Shown: piece by piece, positions 25,969 through 38,480 of the stretch
Numbering within the stretch: the first letter of the stretch is position 1
How the letters are laid out: each line of letters starts with the position of its first letter
Notes under the pieces: generated by a model
The model's database searches: none
Seen by the model: only the letters and a program-made list of their open reading frames with translations
What the model was told of the DNA's origin: nothing
DNA from: Octopus bimaculoides
Lineage: Eukaryota
Reading direction: 5' to 3'
Assembly: GCF_001194135.2 (NCBI RefSeq)
Contig: NC_068985.1
Location: 101,751,601-101,793,685, forward strand
DNA: 42,085 nt
Made by a program: the position numbers and the translations under genes

Positions 25969-26280
25969 AAAAAAGGTAATGAACCTTTTGGCCATGAATG
26001 ACCACGGGATTGCAAGTAGTAAGTACCCCTCTAAGGCAAGTTTGTCCATGGAAGACCAGCAGTCACCCGTGCTTAGCAGCCTCCTCTCTCCAAGTCACCG
26101 ATCATATCCAAGGGAAAGGGAAAAGCAAAGGGAGATACAGTTGGGCACCAGTGACGACGCAACTTATTTCTACAGCTGAATGAACACGAGTAACGTGAAA
26201 TAAAATGTCCGGTTCTGGAATCGAACTCGCTAACACGACTGTGAGTCCGACGCGCTAATCACTGAGCCATGCGCCTTCAC
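25969..26280 (-). mobile_element. tRNA-derived CORE-related SINE, tail type a, with part of the core deleted
   Basis: Reverse complement: head gtgaaggcgcatggctcagtgattag, B box gagttcgattcc, then ttatttcacgtt...ttcattcagctgtagaaat...gtcactggtgcc...ctgctggtcttccatgg...tggtcattcatggccaaaagg. Confidence 0.88.
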
Positions 26281-28306
26281 TTACAGCCGTATATACAGAA
26301 ATTTCACATTTATGTAGTCATGTCTGTAGGTTACGTTGTACCTGTATTTAATTAAATATCACTACGAATCTTACTTCTAATGTTCGCTCGAGATCCATAT
26401 TGAAATTTACGACTTCCATTATTCTTAGACTTTGTTTCATTTCACTGGAAACGTATTCCTATAACAATTTACCATACAACCTATTGAATTCCTATTGATT
26501 TACCAGTATATCACCACAAATAATATTTAAGTTAGGTTATTGAACAACTTGTAAACTGTACAATATTGTTAATGTTATATTTTAGACACTGCTATGCACT
26601 TGACAGTGTAGATATTATAAAAGGCGTCCTCACCATGTCCATATCTTCTTCCCCATACATCATGTAGATTGGATTATATTACTTTGCACAGGCTATCACA
26701 AAAATTCGGATAAAATATGTAGCAGACTGAATAAGAAATCATTGGTACGTTGATACTATTGGTTGTAAATAACAGTGAGGCATCCCAATTCTTCGGTCCA
26801 ATATATATGTATATCTATACGTTTTAAACCATTTTCGAGCAAAACATAGAAATTATTCGCATTCATTAGGCTATCCCGCGAAATGCAGTTACTGAAGCAT
26901 TTTTATTTAACAAGAAAACACCATATCCACCAATAGTTAAATATACGGTGGTTCAGTCATTATTAAAGTTTATATTCGTTCTTACATACACTCACAACGA
27001 GATATGTACATGCACATACGCATGCACACACAAACATATGTTTGTATGTACGGACGGAATACTGCGAACCGAATTGAATTATATACAGAATAATTCATAA
27101 AAGGAACTTATTTAGATATCCTATATGCGAATGAGATGCTCAAAAGGTCGCTTCTAGATACGCAGTGAATATTTATTTACATACTAGAGGGATTCCCCGA
27201 TAATTTGATAGGTGAAATAACCTGGAATCTACCTGGAATCTAAGCTGGCCCTACTGACAATGACTACTGAAAGGGCTAAAAGTGCCAAGCCTGTCTAGGG
27301 AATGGAATTCTCCGTTCGGTGTTCGGGGCGATTGCAGCCCCCATTAGAATATATCTTATGTGGTAGAACAGCTTAGCTCTTATTTCTAGCAATGTAGGTG
27401 TCTTGTCACTTTTAGTCGAGTTTAGTTGACGACTATAATTTTGCTTTACGGTTTAACATTACAAATAGCTATTTCTATTAATCTGTACGCGCGCGCGCGG
27501 GTGCGTCTGTGTGAGTGAGAGAGAGTGTGTCTGTGCAGTGATATACTGAGGTAGATAGCTTGTATTATGCTTCTTAAAGCCTGTCCACCGTATTCGGCCA
27601 CCGTATTTGTACCCGTAAAGTATATATAAAAAGTTGAGGGGCAGAAAATGGAATTCATCAGACTCCTTAGTCAGAAGTAGAATGTTTTAGTTCATCATGC
27701 ATCCGTACCTTAGATATGAGATACGATTCTATCAATTGTCAGGAATTATACGTGCAGATGCGCCTCTTCAGGTGATTTTACTGAAAGTACCTCGATGTTT
27801 ACTTGCCGTTTTGCTTATTCCCATACCAATATATTTTAATAAGCGTAGCCTTTCATTCGTTCTCATAGTTAAGTGAGATAGAATGTATCAGTTTAGGCAT
27901 TTTCAGTTATATCATCCATATAAATATCTGCTAAGAGAGAGAGATAGAGAGAGAAAAGAGTGCGTTACAATACAAACCGTAAGTAATGCATATGAACATC
28001 TATATTCAGACGGGCATATGAACATGGATATGAAAACGAGAATAGTTTTGAAATTGTCATAATGGCAATCCAAAAAAATAGTACACAATCAGAGATTCCA
28101 TTTCAGACAGAGAAATTGTTATTTCAGCGATATTTAAGTCTGGCATACAACAAAAATGTGGAAATAAATAAATTGTTTTCTAAATCATTCTATGACAGAT
28201 GTTTATATATACAATGCAGGAATTTTGAATATCAATTTGAAGAAATAAAGTTACGGGAATGTATAGTTACTAATATGCTGTTCTCAGTACACACACCAGT
28301 TACATG

Positions 28307-28307
<1 letters not shown>

Positions 28308-28376
<69 letters not shown>

Positions 28377-28389
28377 GTTATTATTATTG
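28308..28389. repeat. (ATT)n tract at the 3' end of retrotransposon copy B
   Basis: Direct reading. Confidence 0.95.
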
Positions 28390-29073
28390 TTCAGTAGTTT
28401 TATTTTTATAACGTGCTTTCACTTCACTACCGAACGCAGCTCTGTGTGCCTTGGATATGTGCTGTGGTTTACTGTGATGCTCTTATGGTAACTGTACTGA
28501 AAGTATTTTACGTAGGATGTGTGCAGTACCCGGTAGTGCGATTTTCTGTATCTTATAAATACTTGTAAGTCCTGGTGTCTTTGTTATGTATTTGTCTGGA
28601 TATTTTTTTTTATCATACCTAATGCGTCCACCATGAGAGGAATTGTTTCTGTTTTTAGACTCTACATTCGAGGTACTTCTATTTCCAGGTATTTGTAGTT
28701 TGATAGTTTCTCAATTTCTTTTAGAGAAACGTTGTCATCTGTTCTAATTGATACGTCAATTAGAAAGCGTTTTTTTTTCTTCATGATCTCTGACAGCTAT
28801 ATCCGGCCTTTTGCCCTTAATTTCTCTATCTATGTGTATTGGCATTTCCGATAGTATTGTTGCTATCTCATTTTCTGTGAACTTTTCTTTCGTGTGCTTA
28901 TACCATCTTTTTTCTGTTGTTATTCCATAGTGTTGGCATAGCTTCCAGTATATGTAGGTCCCAGCTCTGTCGTGTCTGTGAGTATATTCCTTCTGGTGGA
29001 AAGGCTTTGGTCTAGTGCTGCAATTAAAAATGCTACAATTAAAAATTTCTTCTTCTTCTTCTTCTTCTTCTTC

Positions 29074-29105
<32 letters not shown>

Positions 29106-29843
29106 CTTCTTCTTCTTCTTCTTCTTCTTCTCCTCCTCTTCTTCCTCCTCCTCTTCTCCTCCTCCTTCTTCTTCTTCTTCTTCTCCTCCTCCTCCTCCTT
29201 CTTCTTCTTCTTCTTCTCCCCCTCCTCCTCCTCCTTCTTCTTCTTCTTCTTCTTCTTCTCCTCCTCTTCCTCCTCCTCCTCTTCTCCTCCTCCTTCTTCT
29301 TCTTCTTCTTCTTCTTCTTCTTCTCCTCCTCCTCCTCCTCCTCCTTCTTCTTCTTCTTCTTCTTCTTCTTCTTCTTCTTCTTCTTCTTCTTCTCCATTAT
29401 TGTTAGGTAGTATTGTTGTTTGTATTTGTCAGTTTCCTTAAAGACTGAAAACAGTTTTTTTTTTTTGGTTCGTGCATTGTGGCTATTTGTACTAGTTTTC
29501 TATTCTTCTGAGCTAGGTGTTTTTTGCAGTCTTGTGGTGGTTATTTTCTAGCTGTGTAAGGCATCTACCACCTTCTATACGTTGTATATAAAACCTTTCT
29601 ATGTCAGATTTTGGGTGGTGCATCCTAAATCATGCCATTATATTTCATGTTTTCCTGTCTATTTTGGTTAGTTCATTTAGTGTCCAGTTAAGGATATTGT
29701 ACCTGTATCTTATAACTGGGACCGCCAAGTGTTGATACCTATTACCGTGTTATTCGCATTGAGCTCTGTTTTCAGTATTAATCTAACTCGTCTATAGTAT
29801 TCTTGTTTATTTTCTCTTTCATGTGCGAGTGTTGTATTTATTT
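28390..29843 (-). mobile_element. R4/Dong-type RLE retrotransposon copy B: RT thumb, linker and RLE domain; 5'-truncated, two internal deletions, disrupted
   Basis: Minus-strand translation across frameshifts and stops: EYYRRVRLILKTELN..IGINT/LAVPVI..NILNWTLNELTKIDRKT..MHHPKSDIERFYIQRIEGGR (thumb); FLIAALDQSLSTR (linker); KEYTHRHDRAGTYIYWKLCQHYG..WYKH..EN..PIHIDREIKGKRPDIAVRD../LIDVS..DDNVSLKEIEKL..Y..LEIEV..DALG..QKIALPGTAHILRK (RLE of PD-(D/E)xK type). The CCHC knuckle between STR and RHD is missing. Confidence 0.93.
29046..29395. repeat. ~350-bp pure polypyrimidine (TTC/TCC)n tract inside retrotransposon copy B
   Basis: Direct reading; essentially only T and C on the plus strand. Confidence 0.97.
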
Positions 29844-29845
29844 TT

Positions 29846-29892
<47 letters not shown>

Positions 29893-29915
29893 TATCATCA
29901 TCATCATCAACATCG

Positions 29916-29949
<34 letters not shown>

Positions 29950-29978
29950 TAATATTGTTGTTATTATTATTATTATTA

Positions 29979-30051
<73 letters not shown>

Positions 30052-30057
30052 TATTAA

Positions 30058-30094
<37 letters not shown>

Positions 30095-30254
30095 GAGTTC
30101 GTGTATACTATGGATACATTTAATCTCAGCTCTCGCCCCCTCTCACACATTCCACCGCATATGTTCATGTAAATGCCTACATAAAATGTAAACTGTCCTT
30201 GTCCTGTCCTTCTCAATAGACGTCCCTATGGCAAATAGTAGAAATTATTATTAA

Positions 30255-30326
<72 letters not shown>

Positions 30327-30376
30327 CATTATTATTATAATCATCATCATTATTATTATCATTATTATTATCATCA

Positions 30377-30413
<37 letters not shown>

Positions 30414-30424
30414 CATCATCATCA

Positions 30425-30482
<58 letters not shown>

Positions 30483-30510
30483 CATCATCATCATTATATC
30501 ATCATCATCG
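29846..30510. repeat. Two compound (CAT)n/(ATT)n fields (29846-30094 and 30245-30510) around a 150-bp unique island
   Basis: Direct reading; the first field abuts the 5'-truncated end of copy B. Confidence 0.93.
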
Positions 30511-30719
30511 CCATCGTCGTCGCCAGTATTGAGATTTAGGAAACTATCATAAACATTCTATATTGAATTACAAGTTGCAATATTGCCTCGCAGGGCATTC
30601 ATGATAAATTAATTTCCAGTATACCTTGCATCTCAACAATCTTCGCAATATTCTAACTGTCTTCTACATGGTCATATTTAGAAGTGTAATTTGAGAGTTG
30701 CTTTTCATATCCTAGGGAA

Positions 30720-30900
30720 AATATTTCTTACATATATATCATCGATGTATATGCTAATAATACCGATATTTATTTCGTATTCTATCACGTCCACAAATTT
30801 CAATTTTACGCTTGACAACCTCATATCCTGATATACGCCAGCATCTTTCTCCTTCATAATACTCGTACTCACATGTATAATCATGTGAATGATTGTACAC
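30720..30900 (-). pseudogene. Possible heavily decayed Penelope-type RT fragment
   Basis: Minus strand gives KYRYY followed, after a frameshift, by YIDDIYV, reminiscent of the RY(I/V)DD(I/V)F catalytic motif. Upstream YEYYEGE..RISG is only weakly like YFxFNG..YxQ..G. Confidence 0.25.
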
Positions 30901-31728
30901 GATGTTTTCTTCATTTTCAGTAAAGACAATGATACCTCTGTATTTATAATTTTGTTTTATGACATTTGACATTATTGTTATAAAACAGCGATGCTTAAAT
31001 TCTGTTTTGCCGCTCTTAATAAATAATAAATTTGAAAGCATCTGTTCCACCTGTCGCTAAACGAGAATGGCACATATGATTTACTTTCTGCATGATTTAT
31101 ATGAGTTACGTATTGAATACTGATCAGATTTATTAACTTCACATGCGGTATAATGCGTCTTCATTGGCCTCACCTCTGAATTGTAACGATGTTTGTGTCT
31201 GTTTTCAGAAAGTGTTCTTTGAGTCAAAGTATGTCTGCGAACGTTTCTAGATGCGTGTAAAATTTTCATGCGCACTGCTATGTTTGAAGCCCCTCAATAC
31301 TTTCATATATTCCTACAACAGCCTAACTGTGTTAGTTTTTTTGGGGGGTGGGGGGTGGTCTGCTATTTTAACGTTAACCCACCTAGGAAACCTCAGCAAT
31401 TACAATTGCGAAGTCTGTTACTTTTTGTTCTCCTCCCATAAATTTCTTTCCTTTCAGTATTCCGCCTTTCTCGCCCATGTATTAAGCTAGCCAACAATTG
31501 TAGTTTCAGTTGTAAGTTCTCTCTGTATTTCATACAGGTTATAGCAGTTTCGGGTTATATCCCTCATACGTTTTTGCGTGAAAGACCTCAACATGACTGA
31601 TAACAGACAAGTGCAATAAACATCCTCATTCATCCCAATTTAAACGCAAATTAATTCAAGAAATAACATCATTCTCCTAAAAATCTAACAATTTCAATCA
31701 CCAGTTTGAACATGTAGATACTATTATG

Positions 31729-31985
31729 AAATAAATAAATAAATAAATACGCCCTTTTAAAGCCTAGCCAGGCTCATGAGCCCGATTTCCCGGTTCACTG
31801 GCGTATGTCTTCCCCAGCTGGACGTAACGCCAGTCCATCGCAACGTTTGCCAGTTGAGTGGACTGGAGCAACATTTAAGGAAGTGTTTTGCTCAAGAACA
31901 CAACGCGTGGCCCGGTCCAGGAATCGAAGCCACAATCTTACCATCATGATGCTGACATCCTAACCACTAAGCCACGCACCTCCAC
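31729..31985 (-). mobile_element. Full-length CORE-SINE, tail type b, ending in (TTTA)n
   Basis: Reverse complement: head gtggaggtgcgtggcttagtggttagg, B box ttcgattcc, CORE ttgtgttcttgagcaaaacact...ttgctccagtccactcaactgg, tail gcgatggactggcg...ggctaggctttaaaagggcgt(attt)n. Decayed TSD agatactattatga (31716-31729) and agataattttataga (from 31986). Confidence 0.92.
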
Positions 31986-32756
31986 AGATAATTTTATAGA
32001 CTACAAAAAAGAAAGCAACGCAAAGGTAACTTCAGTATAATTTTAGCGGAATATAATGTGCTTGGTATTTATCCGATAACCTAAATACTATGACGGTTCG
32101 CCCGTCTCATAATCTTTTCAAAATAGTACAAACTAGTGTATAACGAATAATTCTTCATTGTTTTCTTACATCTCTAAATATTATTCTTATTAATTACTGT
32201 TCTGCTTTTGTACCCAGTCTATAAATTACATTAATATCTAATCCCGATTTTATGCCTAGCAAAATGTCATTTCTCTTTGATATTTTCAATCTCTCATGCT
32301 TTCAATTATGATGTTTTTAATTTTCTCTTTTAAATATATTTCACTGTTCTTCAAAGTATGTTTTCTCTGTGCTAATCGCTAAATTATTATTTCTATTATT
32401 TAGGTCATATTTAAGTACTTGCATTTAAACACTAATTTATATTGAGCATTGATTTTAACATCTAAGCAATTCCTTGATCTCAATTTCCAATATTTCATCT
32501 AAATTTCCTTTACTTGAGTTTATGCAGCCCTCCAACAGTAAATGATTATGACATATATATCAGCTAATTGTAAGCCATTAAATTATTCTATGTATTTTCA
32601 TTATTGAATTACTATAATTATTTATTCAGTCAAAGAATAGAAAATAATTAAAAAATAACAATTGAACAAAATATAAAAAAGTCTCATAGATATAATAATA
32701 TTAAATATAACTAATAAATCATAGTTCTGTATTAATCATATGATTACTAATATTCT

Positions 32757-32835
32757 AGTAGTAGTAGTAGTTGTTGTTCTTGTTGTTGTTGTTGTTATTG
32801 TTGTTGTATTAGTCGTTGTTGTTGATGTTGTGGCT
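32757..32835. repeat. Decayed (TAG/TTG)n microsatellite at the 3' side of retrotransposon copy C
   Basis: Direct reading. Confidence 0.85.
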
Positions 32836-32849
32836 GTAATTCTAAGTAG

Positions 32850-33560
32850 GCGTAATTTTGCCCCTCACCTTTCTATACAAATCTAATGTAACTCTGAGCG
32901 CTTTTGGTATGTGCATGTCTTTCTCTATTGTTTATCTACTTTCGGCTGTACTAAATGTATTGTACATATGTGTGCAGAGCCAAGTAGAGCTTGCCTCATT
33001 ATGAGTCTAATAATTTTTAATACTGGAATATCGTTTATGTCTATTTAGTGTCTTTTTTATCTTTATAAAGGAGCCTATTTTTATAATCTTCCTTTTGTTA
33101 GTTCTCATTAGAAATATGAATAATCATATTTTATTTCTTACGCCATACTATTACAATTCAACATTTTATTCATTTCTTTAAAGACATGTTATCGGCTGTT
33201 GTAAGTGATACTTTAGGTAGGATGTACTTTCTTTCCAAGAGGCACTTAACGAAAATAGTAGATAGATTTAATTTGATTTTCGTCTGCATGTGGTTAAAAA
33301 TATACTGAAGTTAGGTCATATTGTACGGAATGTGACATTTACTTCTTCCAGTTTACACCTCATCTTTACCCTTCGCATTTGAAAATTATGGCATAATTCC
33401 CATTGCATGAAAGCCTTAAATCCATGAGGTTTATGAGTTGCTGTCGTTTTGCACTGGGTAGGCAGATATGATGTTAACATTTTATTCCTATTTTGTAATG
33501 ATATTCTGCTTCTATTATATACATCAGGAGTTTTAATTCCGTATCGAAATAAAATTTACT
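32850..33560 (-). mobile_element. Ancient R4/Dong-type RLE retrotransposon, copy C
   Basis: Collinear decayed motifs on the minus strand, compared with copy B or the clade consensus from memory: IISAYPV (HIISGCPV), QWELCHNF (YWKLCQHY), IKLNLSTIFV..ERKYILPKVSLTTADNMSLK (IKGKRPDIAV..EKK..LIDVS..DDNVSLK) and RQALLGSAHI (QKIALLGTAHI). Confidence 0.72.
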
Positions 33561-34597
33561 ATAATCTCGTCTTTGATTCTTACTATTTTTATTAAGTACT
33601 ATTTATAAGTATTGTGTTTAATTTTGAAGATTTGTGAAGCTGTTTACTTCATTTCCAGAATTTTAGGATGCCATTCTCCAAACCCCAATTTTAGACTTTT
33701 TTTTGTGTATTTACGATTCATGGCGCTCTTTGTCTTCGTAGAAATATTTCATAACTGTTGTGCGTTGGATTTGAAATTTGCTTTTTGGTATTTGAGTGTT
33801 CAATTGTTGTGGGATATTATGAAGAGGATGGTAATATGCATGCACTTACTCTTAGAACGAAGCCGTAGGTAAGAAAACAAAGCTGGGATGCGGCATCTTA
33901 GTTTGGTTAGTCACCATAATGTTGGATCTGCAACGTTTCTTAATTTAATTTATGTATAATGGTATGCCTCTATTACTTTTTCCCGTGGTTGTCTTCAATC
34001 ATTATTCTATCAGAAGGAAATTGCGGAGACCATCCACTATTTTTGTAAGATCTTGTGGCATTACAAATACATCGCTTTCCGTTGTGGCGAACAGGTTATA
34101 ACATTTTTCTTGTTACCCGTCGTGTTATTGCTGATAATAGTGGGGCAGGTCTGCTAGGAGAATGATCTCAGAGTTTACTAACAATTGTTTTTCCTGTTCA
34201 AATAATCCACTCAATCCCATATACACAAGGATGATCCTAACTCACTACAGGCTATATAAAACCAAGATTAATTTAAACACTGACAGACGATGATTTAGAT
34301 GGCCAAAACATCGAAGTCACTTTCAGTAATATTCTTGTTTAACTTGTACTCAACACATGTGAAGAGTAACCCATCATGAATAAATATATGCAAATATATC
34401 TATGCACACATAAACACACACACGCTCTCACAAGCACACACATGGACACAAGAAGATACACGGATACACACGAACATACACACACATATATACACGTGCG
34501 CGCATGCACACGCGCAAATACACTTATACACATATGTATATATTTATGCGCAATAACCTCAACGTGGTATGTACTACTGTGATAACGCAGATTCAGG

Positions 34598-34610
34598 CCA
34601 CCAGAGGGGA
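34598..34610 (+). promoter_or_regulatory. CTCF-like motif (GG)CCACCAGAGGGGA (copy 2)
   Basis: Preceded by GG, giving GGCCACCAGAGGG, which is close to TGGCCACCAGGGGGCGC. Identical 13-mer to 8238-8250. Confidence 0.3.
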
Positions 34611-37549
34611 TCTTGTACACGTATAGATCGAACGCATCTGAATGTGGGAGTGTGATGAATTTTAGCTAACATTGAATATACAGAAATTACATCAGAATAT
34701 TCCTTGCACATTAACTTTATAACATAATACCATTCATATTGAAACATGGTCTAAGTTGTGAAAAGACAACATTTTTCTTAAAGTTGTTTATGCTTGCTAC
34801 ATTATGTAAACAATATTATACCTGTGAAATCCATGACTTCATATCATTTTCCAATTATATATATGTGTTAATGACATAAGTGATTAGGAAAATAGCAAGA
34901 CCACATTAAGTGAACGAAGGAACTTTGTTTAGATATTGCCAATAACTTTTCTGGAAATATGTGATGTAGTTATTACAGTACACGTCGGTTCGTTTGAAAC
35001 TTCTATTTGAAGGCAGAATTTATCTTTTTCTATCATTTCTTTCAGCCATGTTGTGTCAACTTTGATACATCCTAAAATAATACGGCTATTTATGTGCGAA
35101 ACTGTGGTTTCATGCATACACACACACACACACANNNNNNNNNNNNNNNNNNNNNNNNNNNNNNNNNNNNNNNNNNNNNNNNNNNNNNNNNNNNNNNNNN
35201 NNNNNNNNNNNNNNNNNNNNNNNNNNNNNNNNNNNNNNNNNNNNNNNNNNNNNNNNNNNNNNNNNNNNNNNNNNATATATGAGTTAGTGGGGGTGGTTAA
35301 CACAAAAAGTATGGGCGTTGTTGAGTGAGTGTAATTATACATATCACTTGCTGGTATTATTTTAAATCGATGTTGGGACAAACCTGTTATATAAAGTCCG
35401 TTTCCTAAAGCTAGTATAATTTTTCACTCGATGGATGAGAATACAAGCAGCAGAAAAGATCTGATTTTCCCTTTACGTGCAGGGAATTAAATTCTCCCCC
35501 GAAGTCCATTTCTCTATATAAGTAATCAGATGGTTGTTTGTTTCCTTTTCGTTAATCCGACAACATGGTTATTAAGAGCTCTCTAGATTGCTTTTTAGTC
35601 CAATCTTTCTGTACGAGACGTTTTAAAGAAACGCTAAGTATAAGAATCGCAGCTGATATTTAATAAATGACTGTGCACTTTACAATAAATCATTTATTCA
35701 AGTAAACCGTTCTGTGTAGATCCTTAATAACGCCAATCTCCTTGGATGATTCTCAGCATGATTTATTTGACTTCGGAATCTGATATACTTTTGTCATCAT
35801 TATTCTTCTAGCTCAAGATCAATAGGCTACGATCTCATCGCATGGAATGCTAAAATATCTTCAACAACCGGTGTCTAATAATTAACAGCATATCCTCAAC
35901 TCATTAGTCATTCAACACTAATAATTTTAAAACCAAACGTCTTATAATACACGCTATCATTCAGCTTTCAATAGAAACGTTTTCTCGGTCTTCCGATGCC
36001 AAGGAATTTCCGAATAATATAATTTTTAGCTCAACGTAACGTATCATTTGTTCTGACAATAGCTCATAATTTATAGAAGAATTATCCTAGAAACTGATAT
36101 ATTTCGAGTTTTGGAACAGCCTTAAATATAGGGATGGCTGCAAGAACTTACAATGGAATGTGTGCACGAGAGAAGTTCTCCGCGGTTGCATCATCTGCTA
36201 TGAGTATTAGCCAAACATCCCTCCAAGGTAAACATATTATAATAGGAATACGATGGATTGGACTGTATCACACTATATACATCATGATTAGAGATATTAA
36301 AGAAAATATTTATTTTTCACTACTATTGACACAAGAGTAAAAAAAAAAAAAATTGTGACAGTTTTCAAACAACATAAACTGTAAGCACGCGGTTACTGAA
36401 ATTATATAAATTGGTAAGTGTAGGGAAGAAGATATATCTTATGTTTCTGGGTTTATTGTTCCCAATGGAAGACCCTTTTTATTGACCAAAATATTCTCTG
36501 AACTAAAGGATTCTGTAAGACAATCTTTTATTTAGAATTGTCATCTCAATAACTTTAATTAGTGTTCACACTTTGTTGCCTATGTGTCCATCTAAAATAT
36601 TCCCACACTTAAGGGCATGATTATTCGTTGATTTGTTGTTAAGTCTGTATTTGTAATATTTCAATAAGATTTTGCCTGTTATAATATCGTTCATTGTTCT
36701 TAGTAATGAAACGAATACATCATACAGCTATTTAGTTGGTGAAATATAAAGATGATCATCAAATAAAAGAAATTATGACTATTCATTGACATCTCAGTGG
36801 AGGAAATAAAGAGGCAAACTGGAAAATGTGTTAACGGATTGCCGAAACATTATAGAGACAAAGTTTTCTTGAGAGGTCAATTAAACCCCACAAGTAATCT
36901 TGTAAATGAAGCAAAAGTCAACTCAGCAACTGAGAGGTCTAGTCGCATTCCTCGCCACACAAGAAAGAACAGTGAATAGAAATTAAAACTATGTTATATG
37001 CAAAGAACTGCGTGTTCAAATGTCTGCGTAGCCATAACTAGAAAGCACGTCATATAATGGAAAGAATGGTAGTGGAATGTAAGACTTGCGTATGTATAAC
37101 AATCGAGTACGTTATATATATATACGTATGCCCAGTATGTGTATGTGTGAGTGCAAGCATCTGATTGAGCATGCGCATGTGTGAGTGTAGGGAGCATTTC
37201 TCTGATTTATATCTAAATATGAATCCCAAAAGAAAAGATAGTTTGAGACGCTTTTTTTTTCAAAACCAGTATTATTTGAGACATAATAGCAGATCACAGG
37301 AAAATATAACACAAAATGTACTAGCATACAATAATATCAAATACAAACATCTAGAATATAATGCATTAAAGTTTATTGAAGATACAAATCAGTAACTGAG
37401 GTGAGCCATTATGAAAACACAAAATATCTAAAAAAAATTATAAGAAATTCTCAATGAGAATCACGTAAAAATAGAAACACAGTGACACAAAGGAAATACG
37501 ATTGTTAGGGAATATGAATAAGATTTAACAAAAAATATTTCAGCAGTTG

Positions 37550-38480
37550 AACATATTGATTATGTAAGTAATATAAAAGTGAAAATAGTTTAAGAAATAT
37601 TATCGATACGGCATCTTCCTAGAGAACAAAGGAACACTCCAAATGATAAAATTTAGCGAGAAAAGAAAATGAGATTTTGCTTACGTAGATTTAGTGAATA
37701 CATATGAACTTCAATAAGACGAGAAAATATAGTATATACTGCAGGCATAACTCAAATATAATCACTAATAAATAAGTAAAGGCTTTCACATGGATCAATG
37801 AAATTCAAGAGCTAAACAGAGCAAATGTTCACTATCATTATAGAAATCATCGATTGGTTCACTGAATTAAATGGAAAAAAAAAGAAATTATAAACACTGG
37901 ATAAATAGCACAAACAACAAAATAATGTAACACTCTAATCTAGGAACATAGATTCCACTTTATTACGCAAAAGACATCCTTAAGAAATGAAACAACATTT
38001 GATGACAATACATAGTTTAACTCCACGTCATACAATGTTTTAATAGCGTAAACGGATTATTATAGAAGTTGGCACAGCACTGATACGAAAAGAATTAAAT
38101 TCAATTTGATGAGAATATTTTTTTTAACAAAAATTTAAAACCATGAATGCTTTTTGGGATTTAATACAAGTTGCTGCTCAAGCTGTGGCGCTAAAATCAA
38201 TGGAAAACTGGAAATGCACGAGATTTATACACCCCAAACCTATGTTTCAAGCATTTTGAAACCTCACATAAACGTAAATAATATACATTGGTATGTCTCA
38301 GATACAAAGCATGAATGTATCTCTTATAGGTAGACGTTTGTTGTCTCCTATGTCACAGATTATTCTACAAAGAAGAAATCATAATTGTACCTGTCTACGA
38401 ACAAACTAAGCTGTGAAATGTCACAGACAGTAATTTATCACAACAATGTGACTCATATACTAACTAAAACACCAAGAAAT
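37550..38480 (+). mobile_element. Possible very old R4/Dong-type relic, copy D
   Basis: A-rich plus strand with faint collinear peptides IIDWFTEL, LIQVAAQAVAL, CCLLC and YHNNV, resembling ILNWTLNEL, LIAAQDQSL, CRLC and RHN. Spacing is only roughly right. Confidence 0.3.

Noticed and set aside
25472-26183. ORFs sharing the peptide VVKRRRHIS on opposite strands
   Set aside because: A by-product of the inverted duplication and SINE sequence, not paralogous genes.
28062-28310. ATG-initiated 111-aa ORF running into (ATT)n
   Set aside because: No recognisable domain; its C-terminus is microsatellite.
36134-36979. Small plus-strand ORFs (MAARTYNG..., VEEIKRQ...) with a possible donor AAG|GTAAAC
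   Set aside because: No homology recognised, and the splice signals are too weak to build a model.
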